NCBI GenBank assembly: GCA_017623215.1
Contig: JAGAPO010000014.1
Coordinates: 243 to 64,242 of the forward strand
Direction of reading: 5' to 3'
Length of the DNA: 64,000 bases
Source: Lachnospiraceae bacterium
GTDB taxonomy: Bacteria; Bacillota; Clostridia; Lachnospirales; Lachnospiraceae
Shown here one piece after another: positions 18,499-27,261 of the stretch. The notes beneath the pieces were generated by a model. That model ran no database searches. It saw nothing but the letters and a program-made list of their open reading frames with translations, and was not told where the DNA came from. The position numbers were made by a program, and so were the translations under genes. The stretch's first letter is position 1; each line of letters starts with the position of its first letter.

Positions 18499-19317
18499 AT
18501 GAATCTTAAGGCTAAGACTTTTGAGCTGAGAAAGGATGTTCTGACGCTGATTCACCGGGCAAGGACCGGGCATATCGGCGGGGATTTCAGCGTAATAGAC
18601 ATTCTGACTGTGCTTTATTATAAGCAAATGAATATCTCCCCGGAGAAGATGGATCACCCGGACAGAGATCGATTTGTCTTGAGCAAGGGACACTCCGTGG
18701 AAGCTTTGTATGCGATCCTTTCGGATCTCGGATTCTTTCCGAAGTCCGAACTTGACAACTATTCGCAGTATGGCTCCAAATACATCGGGCACCCCAACAA
18801 TAAGATCAACGGCATTGAGATGAACTCCGGTTCCCTCGGCCACGGACTTCCGGTCAGCATCGGTATGGCGCTTGCCGGAAAGCTGGATCAGAAAGACTAT
18901 CGCGTATACACCGTAATGGGCGACGGCGAGCTCGCGGAGGGCTCCGTGTGGGAGGGTGCGATGGCAGCCGGTCATTATAGGCTCGATAATCTGTGCGCGG
19001 TTGTTGACCGCAACCGCCTTCAGATCTCCGGAGGAACCGAAACGGTTATGGCGCATGACCCGCTTGAACTGCGATTTGCTTCGTTCGGCTGGAATGTGCT
19101 GTCGATCCCGGGCAATGATGTGGACGCGTTAAATGACGCGTTCGACCTTGCCAGACGAGCCAAGGGCAAGCCAACCGTAATTATCGCAAATACGACAAAA
19201 GGCTGCGGTGTCTCCTTTATGGAGAACCAGGCCGGGTGGCATCACAGGGTTCCGACGGACGAGGAATATCAGAAAGGAATGGAAGAATTAGAACAAAGGA
19301 GGCTTGCGGCGTTATGA
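18499..19317 (+). CDS. Transketolase, N-terminal (thiamine-diphosphate binding) subunit
   Basis: GHIGGDFSVIDIL, KGHSVEALYA, GSLGHGLPVSIGMA, GDGELAEGSVWE. Confidence 0.9.
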   Translation: MNLKAKTFELRKDVLTLIHRARTGHIGGDFSVIDILTVLYYKQMNISPEKMDHPDRDRFVLSKGHSVEALYAILSDLGFFPKSELDNYSQYGSKYIGHPNNKINGIEMNSGSLGHGLPVSIGMALAGKLDQKDYRVYTVMGDGELAEGSVWEGAMAAGHYRLDNLCAVVDRNRLQISGGTETVMAHDPLELRFASFGWNVLSIPGNDVDALNDAFDLARRAKGKPTVIIANTTKGCGVSFMENQAGWHHRVPTDEEYQKGMEELEQRRLAAL

Positions 19318-20255
19318 ATAAGATCCCGAACAGACAGGCAATCTGTGAAGTATTAATGGAACACGCGGCCGCCGATAAGGATATTATTGTAATGTGCAGC
19401 GATTCAAGAGGCTCCGCTTCTCTGGCTCCTTACGCCGCCGCATTTCCGGAGCAGTTCGTTGAAACAGGTATCGCGGAGCAGAACCTTGTCTCCATCGCCG
19501 CCGGCCTTGCAAGCTGCGGCAAGAAGGTATTTGCTGCATCCCCCGCCTGCTTTCTGGCCTCCCGAAGCTTGGAGCAGTCAAAGGTTGACGTCGCGTACTC
19601 GCATACCAATGTCACCTTAATCGGTATCAGCGGCGGCGTCAGCTACGGCGCGCTCGGTATGACGCATCATTCCGCACAGGATATTGCGGCAATGGCCTCC
19701 ATCCCGAACATGCGCGTATACCTTCCAAGCGACAGGCATCAGACCAGAAAACTGATCGAAACGCTTCTTTTGGACACCGATCCCGCTTATATCCGGGTAG
19801 GGCGCAATCCCGTAGAGGATATTTATATGGAAGATAACGTTCCGTTCGCATTCAACAAAGCCACTGTTCTGTCCGAGGGCGAAGATCTCACCATCATCGC
19901 CTGCGGAGAAATGGTGCGCCCGGCCCTCGAGGCGTCGAATCTTCTCGCCGGCGAGGGAATTACCTGCAGCGTCCTGGATATGTACTGCGTAAAACCCTTC
20001 GATACCGAGACCGCGCTTGCCGCTATCCGAAAGAGCAAAGCAGTCATTACCGTAGAAGAGCACACCACAATCGGCGGCCTCGGCGCAATGGTAAGTCAGC
20101 TTGCCGCTTCGAGGTGTCCCAAATTCGTCCGGAATCTCGGACTTCCGGACGAACCGGTGGTGACCGGCACCTCCGCACAGGTATTTGCCCACTACGGCCT
20201 GATCGGCGAGGGAATCGCGGCATCCGCAAGGGACTTACTGAAGAAAATCAGTTGA
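19314..20255 (+). CDS. Transketolase, C-terminal (pyrimidine-binding) subunit
   Basis: MNKIPNRQAICEVL...FVETGIAEQNLVSIAAGLA. ATG 19314 overlaps the upstream stop (ATGA). The track start at 19236 lies inside the preceding gene. Confidence 0.9.
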   Translation: MNKIPNRQAICEVLMEHAAADKDIIVMCSDSRGSASLAPYAAAFPEQFVETGIAEQNLVSIAAGLASCGKKVFAASPACFLASRSLEQSKVDVAYSHTNVTLIGISGGVSYGALGMTHHSAQDIAAMASIPNMRVYLPSDRHQTRKLIETLLLDTDPAYIRVGRNPVEDIYMEDNVPFAFNKATVLSEGEDLTIIACGEMVRPALEASNLLAGEGITCSVLDMYCVKPFDTETALAAIRKSKAVITVEEHTTIGGLGAMVSQLAASRCPKFVRNLGLPDEPVVTGTSAQVFAHYGLIGEGIAASARDLLKKIS

Positions 20256-20260
20256 CTTTA

Positions 20261-20292
20261 GCTTCATTTCAGGAAAGCTTCATTTCAGGAAA
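20261..20292 (+). repeat. Perfect tandem duplication of a 16-nt unit (gcttcatttcaggaaa x2)
   Basis: Read directly: 20261-20276 equals 20277-20292. Lies in the 144-nt gap between transketolase-C and the FGGY kinase. Confidence 0.8.
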
Positions 20293-20399
20293 TATTCATT
20301 CTATTACTCGGACTGCCGGGCTTCGGCTCGGCAGTTCCGATTTACAAGCCGCGCTTTCAAATACACACGCCGCCTCCGGCGGCAGATTGGGGGATACCT

Positions 20400-21881
20400 A
20401 TGTCTGACGCTTATATGCTGTCCATTGATCAGAGCACGCAGGGCACCAAGGCACTGCTGTTCGACGGCAACGGCCACTTGATCCGCCGTGCCGACATTTC
20501 TCACCGTCAGCTTATCAACGAGGCTGGCTGGGTAGGTCACGATTTAACGGAAATTTATCAGAATACCGTCGCGGCTGCGGCAAAAGTAATTGCCGACGCC
20601 GGGATCGACGCGGGCAGGATTGCCGGACTCGGAATCACCAATCAGCGTGAAACTGCCGCTGCCTGGCTGCGCTCCACCGGTGAGCCGGTCTGTGAAGCCG
20701 TCGTATGGCAGTGCGCAAGAGCCGCCGCGATCTGTGATGAAATCGAGAAAGCCGGTTATGCGGATGAAGTCAAGGCCATCACCGGAATCCCCCTTTCCCC
20801 TTATTTCTCCGCCGGGAAGATGGCGTGGATTCTGCGCAATGTTCCGGCTGCGAAGGACGCGGCCCGGACCGGGAACCTCTGCATGGGTCCCATTGACAGC
20901 TATGTGATCTACCGCCTGACAAAGGGCGCTGCCTTCGCGACGGACTACTCGAACGCCTCCCGAACACAGGTATTTGATATTCAGAAGCTCGAATTCTCCG
21001 ATCGAATCTGTGAAATTTTTGATATTCCGAAAAACTGCCTGCCCGCGGTGTATGATTCGAACGCGCTCTACGGCATGACCGACTTAGACGGCGTTCTGCC
21101 CCATCCGGTCCCGATTCACGCTTCCATGGGTGACTCCCACGGCGCGCTGTTCGGCCAGGGCTGCGTGCTGCCCGGCATGGCAAAGGCAACCCACGGAACC
21201 GGTTCCTCGGTTATGATGAACGTCGGCGAGACTCCGGTTATCAGCCGGCTTGGGCTTGCTTCCTCCATCGCATTCTGCATGGACGGCAAAGTGAATTACT
21301 GTCTGGAAGGCAATATCAACTACACCGGCGCGGTTATCACCTGGCTCTGCAAGGATCTCGGCCTTCTTGCGAACGCAGGCGAGAGCGAAGTCCTTGCGCG
21401 TGCTGCCAATCCAAACGATACGACCTACCTCGTTCCGGCCTTTACCGGCCTTGGCGCTCCTTACTGGAACAGCGAAGCAAAAGGGATTCTCTGCGGCCTG
21501 ACGCGAACCAGCGGCAAAGCGGAGATTGTGCGCGCGGGTCTTGACTGTATCGCGTACCAGATTGGCGACATCGTAGAAGCCATGCGCATCGAGACCGGCC
21601 TGTCCGACATCGAGCTTCGTGCGGACGGCGGCCCGACCAGGAACGCCTATCTGATGCAGTTCGAGAGCAATGTTCTGAACGCCCCCGTGCTGGTTCCCGA
21701 GAACGACGAGCTCTCCGGCATCGGCGCTGCTTACGCGGCAGGGATTGCGCTTGGTCTGTATGATCAGGACGCGCTGTTCGCACAGGTTCAGTATAAGAAA
21801 TATACTCCGAATGCGGATGAGGAATGGCGTTCGAAGAAGGTGGACGGCTGGAAAAATGCGGTCGGGATGCTTCATAAGTAG
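20400..21881 (+). CDS. FGGY family carbohydrate kinase (glycerol/xylulose-kinase-like)
   Basis: N-terminus SIDQSTQGTKALLFD, ITNQRETAAAW, C-terminal GGPTRNAYLMQF. Confidence 0.85.
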   Translation: MSDAYMLSIDQSTQGTKALLFDGNGHLIRRADISHRQLINEAGWVGHDLTEIYQNTVAAAAKVIADAGIDAGRIAGLGITNQRETAAAWLRSTGEPVCEAVVWQCARAAAICDEIEKAGYADEVKAITGIPLSPYFSAGKMAWILRNVPAAKDAARTGNLCMGPIDSYVIYRLTKGAAFATDYSNASRTQVFDIQKLEFSDRICEIFDIPKNCLPAVYDSNALYGMTDLDGVLPHPVPIHASMGDSHGALFGQGCVLPGMAKATHGTGSSVMMNVGETPVISRLGLASSIAFCMDGKVNYCLEGNINYTGAVITWLCKDLGLLANAGESEVLARAANPNDTTYLVPAFTGLGAPYWNSEAKGILCGLTRTSGKAEIVRAGLDCIAYQIGDIVEAMRIETGLSDIELRADGGPTRNAYLMQFESNVLNAPVLVPENDELSGIGAAYAAGIALGLYDQDALFAQVQYKKYTPNADEEWRSKKVDGWKNAVGMLHK

Positions 21882-21912
21882 ATTGCCTTGTTCCTGTCAG
21901 AAATGCGCGCGT

Positions 21913-22938
21913 TTAGACCGGATACTTCTTTAACTCCGCCAACAGCTCATTTAGCTTACAGCGCGCAATCGCCGTCACCTTATCCGCGCCGCCATACGAT
22001 ATGTACAGCATCCCCTCATGCACATACGCACCCACCGGAAATACAACATTTCCGACGTCGCCATATAACTCGTACGACATCTCCGGGCGCAGAATCGGCT
22101 CCGGAAGGCGGGCAATCACCTTCTCCGGATTCTCTGCGTCCAGAAGAGCGGCACCGGCACAATAACGGAACTCGAACTCATGGCCCTCCGGCATCATTTC
22201 CACTCCATGGTAGAGGAAGAGCCAGCCGTCCTTCGTCTTAATGGGCGGAGCACTGCCGCCGATCTTACCGCCTTCCCACGGATACTCCCCCTTCATCACG
22301 GTTGATTTGCGGCTGATATTCTCATAGTCCTTCCAGCCCTCCCAGGCAATCAGTTCCTCAAAGGTATCAAAATAATCAAACTGAATATCCGGTACCACCC
22401 GATGAACCAGGCAGATCTTTCCGCCGATCCTCTCCGGGAAAATATAATGATCCTTATCAAACGAATAATGATCCACGATTCCGATCGGCTCAAAATTCCG
22501 GAAATCACGGGTTCTCGCAAATGCCATGCGCGGCTTATCGCACCCCACCGGCACCTGATTAATATCCCATGCACAGTACGTAACGATGTACCAGCCCTCA
22601 AACCATACGATACGGGGGTCCTGACAGCCGGATAATTCCCGTTCCAGCTGCGGCCGGTATACAATACCGTAATCCTTTATCAGCTTACCGTCCGTTGTTA
22701 ATTGGGCGTACCCGAGGCAGTCCGTCGCATACGGCGACATGCCCTCCTCCGGGTGGAATTCCTCCGCCGGAAGATTCTGCCCGCAGCGATACAACATATG
22801 TACCTTATCCCCGGTCCGGGCATCCAGCACCATACCGGCGTTATATTTTGCATATTCTCCTTTTCTGCCGTGACAATACGCTCTGTCCTGTCCCATGTCC
22901 GGCTGCAGTACAACCCCAAGTCTTTCTAATTGAAACAT
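21913..22938 (-). CDS. GH130 family beta-mannoside phosphorylase/hydrolase
   Basis: GH130-like blocks: DPRIVWFEGWYIVTYCAW, IFPERIGGKICLVHR, KIGGSAPPIKTKDGWLFLYHGV, YCAGAALLD, YGDVGNVVFP, YGGADKVTAIA. Start at ATG 22938 with AAAGGAGA upstream. Confidence 0.8.
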   Translation of the reverse strand: MFQLERLGVVLQPDMGQDRAYCHGRKGEYAKYNAGMVLDARTGDKVHMLYRCGQNLPAEEFHPEEGMSPYATDCLGYAQLTTDGKLIKDYGIVYRPQLERELSGCQDPRIVWFEGWYIVTYCAWDINQVPVGCDKPRMAFARTRDFRNFEPIGIVDHYSFDKDHYIFPERIGGKICLVHRVVPDIQFDYFDTFEELIAWEGWKDYENISRKSTVMKGEYPWEGGKIGGSAPPIKTKDGWLFLYHGVEMMPEGHEFEFRYCAGAALLDAENPEKVIARLPEPILRPEMSYELYGDVGNVVFPVGAYVHEGMLYISYGGADKVTAIARCKLNELLAELKKYPV

Positions 22939-22957
22939 GTGAATCTCCTTTCTCACC

Positions 22958-25129
22958 CTATTTACTCTCCGTATCCGGCGCAGGCGGCGCATCAAAGTGC
23001 TCGGTCTGCTCGACCTTGATACTGTTCACAAAATTACTTGCCACCGCGTCAATGAATACCGGCGCGGTCACCGAATAGCTGACGATATTCCCTTCACAGC
23101 CGCGGTCAGGAAGCATTTCCCCGTACAGGCGGATATAATCCTGCGCGTATTTACGTGACTGCGCAAGAATCGCGTGAATCGCGTCCGCCTGTTCCTTCGT
23201 AAGCTCCGAAGGGTTATCATAATCGTAGTATTTATGAATATCCTGCAGCGTAAGCATCGCCTTAATATGCAGTGCGCTCGTTGTGCAGCGATTCATCATC
23301 AGCCGGATAAGCGCAATCGCTTCCTTTGTGGCAGCGGAATTTAGAAGCTCCTCGTATTCGCATGTAATTGCCTCGTATTCGCCGATCGCATGGCTCTGCG
23401 CCTCAAATGAGTAATCTCTTGGGCGGACCACACTGCCCTTGCGGAACCAGCAGTTGACATAGCAGAAGCCGATATTGAACAGGTTGTCGCGGCAATAGGC
23501 ATCGAGCGCTGCAAGCCGGTCACAGACCGCCGCGAACCGCTCCGCCGCTGTAATTCCAAGTCTGCTCGCGTAATTCCGGTAGAATTCGCCGGTGGTCACC
23601 GGAGTAATCGCGGTCTCAGAGGCATACGCGATTGTGATCCGGTTCTCCGCGGTACGCCAGTGATTGATGCAGAAGCCGTAGATGCTTTCCGCATCCGCCA
23701 TATAGGCAAGCTTTTCAAGGCCATCTGTGGACAGCTGCTGAATGTACATATTCCCGTCGAATTCCGCCCAGCTGTAGTACATGGTGTTCTGCCAGTCGAA
23801 ATCATTCGTACCGATTGCCGCAATCCCATTGGCAACGGCTAACGAACCATGCGCCGGAAGCAGGCTTTTAGACACATCGGCGGGCAGGAGATCGCGCATA
23901 ATCGGCCAAAGAACCTTAAGGGTCTCCTGGCAGGTAATATACAGACCGGCCCGCAGCTTCGGAACCCTGGTAAGTCCGTCAAGCCAGCGCTCCTTTGCCG
24001 CTATCGCGGTCAGCATGCGTTTCAGCGAAACCGCCGCGCCGCCAAGCTGCTTCGGCAATTCTTCCCCAAGCCCCTCCAGTTCACCGTCCGGATTCAGAAT
24101 CTGTCTGCCGAACATACCCGCCAAAATCTCGCTGACATTCTCACGGGTCAGATTCTCAATCCGACCGCCGCCCCCGCTCTCATACGATATCAGCTCCAGC
24201 ACATCGATCTGCGGATAGGTGCGGCACACCTCATGCAGCATAATACCAAGCCTCTCCTCATCCTCGAACGGAAGCTCCACCGACAATGTGATCGTCATAT
24301 ACGCTTCCTTTGCGGCGTTCATCACTTCGTTCAGCCAGTATTTCGCATATTCATCACGGGCGGATGAATCTTCATAGAACGCTTCCGCCTCAGGAATGCA
24401 ATAGGTCCTGCGATTATTGATCCGACTGGCAGTCAGCGGATCACCGACAGGAACCGGATGATACTGCCCATAGAAGAAATGCCCGGCCTGCTTATTCGGA
24501 TCGCCGGGTACAACCGAATGCCACTGTCCGCCGTAACTGTGGAAGGTAATCGCGTTAAAACGCATGCGGGCAATCGACCGGATGTATTCCTTTGCCTCCT
24601 TTAACGAATACGAAGAGATGTCCATCGGGAAATTGATATGCTGGCGAATGCCGCGAAGCCTGCACTTGGGGCTGACCTCCTTGTTCCCGCTTAAGAATGC
24701 TCCCATATCAAACGGACAGGGAAGCGAGTATCCGACCGCCTCAAAGCATACGCCCGCAATCCCAAGTGCCTCGTAGACGCCGCAGAGAACGGAGGAGGCA
24801 CTGCCGCCGGTAATTCTTAAAGTTGTTCCATCGCCCTTAAGCGCGTAACAGTGGGGCTTCCGCGACGTGTCAAGACATAACTCGACGGATGCGGCACCGG
24901 CATGTTTTGGCTGAGACTCGATCGCACTCCTGGACGCGCTCTCGCCGCTGCCCCTGATTGTGCTCTCGTTCCCGCTCCAAGCCGTGTCTCTGACAAGCTT
25001 GACTGTGGTATACTCCTGCAGAAAATGTCTGAGCTCACGCACGGCGTAATCCAGCCCGGCATAATCCGGTGCCCCGCAGGGACTGCCGTTGTAATAGGTA
25101 CGGAGACGGATGGCTGTAACATGATTCAT
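22958..25129 (-). CDS. Uncharacterised 723-aa protein, possibly a glycoside-hydrolase-like enzyme (family not recognised)
   Basis: Long ORF with normal codon usage, 19 nt upstream of the GH130 gene in the same operon. No signal peptide. The segment INFPMDISSYSLKEAKEYIRSIARMRFNAITFHSYGGQWH is reminiscent of TIM-barrel GH starts. Function not supported beyond context. Confidence 0.5.
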   Translation of the reverse strand: MNHVTAIRLRTYYNGSPCGAPDYAGLDYAVRELRHFLQEYTTVKLVRDTAWSGNESTIRGSGESASRSAIESQPKHAGAASVELCLDTSRKPHCYALKGDGTTLRITGGSASSVLCGVYEALGIAGVCFEAVGYSLPCPFDMGAFLSGNKEVSPKCRLRGIRQHINFPMDISSYSLKEAKEYIRSIARMRFNAITFHSYGGQWHSVVPGDPNKQAGHFFYGQYHPVPVGDPLTASRINNRRTYCIPEAEAFYEDSSARDEYAKYWLNEVMNAAKEAYMTITLSVELPFEDEERLGIMLHEVCRTYPQIDVLELISYESGGGGRIENLTRENVSEILAGMFGRQILNPDGELEGLGEELPKQLGGAAVSLKRMLTAIAAKERWLDGLTRVPKLRAGLYITCQETLKVLWPIMRDLLPADVSKSLLPAHGSLAVANGIAAIGTNDFDWQNTMYYSWAEFDGNMYIQQLSTDGLEKLAYMADAESIYGFCINHWRTAENRITIAYASETAITPVTTGEFYRNYASRLGITAAERFAAVCDRLAALDAYCRDNLFNIGFCYVNCWFRKGSVVRPRDYSFEAQSHAIGEYEAITCEYEELLNSAATKEAIALIRLMMNRCTTSALHIKAMLTLQDIHKYYDYDNPSELTKEQADAIHAILAQSRKYAQDYIRLYGEMLPDRGCEGNIVSYSVTAPVFIDAVASNFVNSIKVEQTEHFDAPPAPDTESK

Positions 25130-25250
25130 GAAATTACCTCCTTTCCGAATTCACGGAAAATTTGTCCTTTTCCGTTTTGTTACTTTACTAACATGTTTGT
25201 TACTTTATTTTTATTGTACAATTGTATGCTCGCGCTGTCAATCTTCTTTT

Positions 25251-25292
25251 GAGAAAAAAACAAAAAAATAAGGCATAGCCAAAACTATGCCT
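25251..25292 (-). terminator. Intrinsic terminator of the second LacI gene
   Basis: AGGCATAG-ttttgg-CTATGCCT on the minus strand, followed by TTATTTTTTTGTTTTTTT. Confidence 0.7.
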
Positions 25293-25320
25293 CTACCCCT
25301 ATGGTGCAGAAAATCTATTC

Positions 25321-26328
25321 TTATCTTCCCCGAACGTCTCCTACCGACTCCCTCTCAATCAGACTTCCGCTGATAAAGATTCTCTTTTCCTCCGTACGCG
25401 CTTCTTTACACTGGTCGAGCATACAACGATATGCCCGCTCGGCAAACTCCTTCCGATCAATGTGATACGTCGTCAGCGGCGGAACCGTCCGCTCGCTAAG
25501 ATGTGTATTATCAAAACAGATCAGGGACACCTCATCCGGTACCCTCAGTCCCCTGCTTCGCAGCGTCTGGATCATATATTGTCCCGCCATATCACAGTGA
25601 CAGACGAACGCCGTCGGAAGCTCCCTTGGCAGCGCAACATCCACCCGGTAGACCCCAAGCTCATCATTATTCACCAGATGCCAGTCCGTTCTCGGCTGAA
25701 TCCCCGCGAGCATCAGCGCCTTCACATACCCGAGATATCGATCCATAATGGAATTCGTCTGGTATACATCTCCCACGAACCCAATCCTGGTATGCCCCTT
25801 ATCCAGCAAATACTGCGCCGCGCTGTATCCAAGATAATAATTATCGGTCAGCACATAATCCGACCTCAGCCCCTTCCTGTAGAAATCGATCGCAACCATA
25901 TTCAGGCTGTGCGCCGCAAGCATCCGCAGATAATCCTCATGTAGCTCTCCCATCAGGAATACTCCGTCAAACAGCGTCTCTCTCAGCTTGTCCGGCAATA
26001 CAAGCTCCGATTCTTCCTTCGCATTCAGCACAATCGAATACAGCTGATGCCCATCCTGCATACAGAACCGGTTCAAATAATAAAAGAGCTCCGTATAGAA
26101 CCCGTCCGTCTCCAGAAAAAATCGTTTCGGCACAATCATGGCAAAATTCTTAGCCTGCGTCTTTTTTGCTTCATGCTGCTTTATCTGATATCCCATCTCG
26201 ATTGCGGTCTCAATAATCCGCGCCCTCGTCTCCGCGCTGATGTCCGGCTGCCCGTTGAGTGCCTTGGATACCGACACCTTCGTTAAGCCAAGCCGATCCG
26301 CGATGTCCTGCATTGTAACTTTCTTCAT
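25321..26328 (-). CDS. LacI family transcriptional regulator
   Basis: HTH MQDIADRLGLTKVSVSKALNGQPDIS plus a sugar-binding core. Confidence 0.9.
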   Translation of the reverse strand: MKKVTMQDIADRLGLTKVSVSKALNGQPDISAETRARIIETAIEMGYQIKQHEAKKTQAKNFAMIVPKRFFLETDGFYTELFYYLNRFCMQDGHQLYSIVLNAKEESELVLPDKLRETLFDGVFLMGELHEDYLRMLAAHSLNMVAIDFYRKGLRSDYVLTDNYYLGYSAAQYLLDKGHTRIGFVGDVYQTNSIMDRYLGYVKALMLAGIQPRTDWHLVNNDELGVYRVDVALPRELPTAFVCHCDMAGQYMIQTLRSRGLRVPDEVSLICFDNTHLSERTVPPLTTYHIDRKEFAERAYRCMLDQCKEARTEEKRIFISGSLIERESVGDVRGR

Positions 26329-26685
26329 ACCAAACTCTCCATTCCTGTCCCATTGAATCCTCTCTGCCTGTTCGAATTAATCTGCAGGTCCGGCCCGCCA
26401 GGCACAGATTTGTTCCGTTTCTCTTATTATAATAAAAATTCTGTAAAGTTACAATGCTTATTTACGGCCCGACACAGCAGCTTGTCTGTGATGTGACGCG
26501 ATGGTGTACACCATCTGTCTGACTGATTTCTTAAGCGGTTCCTCACACCACAGATGAGCCGCGGGATTTCTTAGAATGTATATCCAGTTCGTATTTCTCA
26601 ACGCCATTTTCTGAATTCTTTTGGTATTCCGGAAATCATGGTTGTCACCCGTTCATTTTTCGCTTATAATTAAGGAGTAAGATCT

Positions 26686-27154
26686 ATGTCACGACAAGAT
26701 ACGATTACAAAAAGTTACTTATCGAACGCGCACATATTTGCAGATGTGTTCAACTATTTTCTCTATGAGGGGCAGAGCGTTATTGACCCGATCGCTGCTG
26801 AACACCAACCGACGCTTTCAAAGCCTGGATCGTGAAGCGGCCGTTGTCATCAGAGCCATGACCGGTTCCGGAGTTAAGATATCAAAAAAGAAAGAGGTGC
26901 AGGATATGTGTAAGGCAGAGTTAGAAATGATGCAGGATGCAAGGGAGGAAGGCCGTGAGATGGGAATGCGCGAGGGCCGTGAGACCGGATTACGCGAGGG
27001 CCGCACTGGTGCTATTCGTGAAATGATCAAAAATATGCAAAAGCAGCACCTTTCCCCAGAGCAGATTTCGCTCTACACCGGTACTTCTCTGGAGATCGTG
27101 CTGGAGATTTGCAATAGCAATAAAGAAAAACAGCCGAGCACGCGCTGCCGATGA
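26686..27154 (+). pseudogene. Decayed Rpn-family (PD-(D/E)XK recombination-promoting nuclease / putative transposase) gene
   Basis: A family-typical N-terminus (MSRQDTITKSYLSNAHIFADVFNYFLYEGQSVIDP) stops after 49 codons. A second frame then carries the family-typical tail (VQDMCKAELEMMQDAREEGREMGMREGRETGLREG...). The nuclease core between them is missing. Confidence 0.55.
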
Positions 27155-27261
27155 CAGCACGTAATCTCCGCTTAATGTTCTCGGTAATATCTTCCTCTGC
27201 CGCTTCCGAAAGAACCTGACAAAGCGGCAGAGGCGAAACGATCGGCTCTCAAGCCTCCAAT

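Noticed and set aside
19236-19313. Upstream extension of the transketolase C-subunit ORF
   Set aside because: The extension overlaps the 3-prime end of the N-subunit gene in another frame. ATG 19314, forming an ATGA overlap and giving the normal MNKIPNRQA N-terminus, is the sensible start.
20261-20292. CRISPR-like or minisatellite array
   Set aside because: Only two adjacent 16-nt units with no spacers. No other regularly spaced repeats were seen anywhere in the window.
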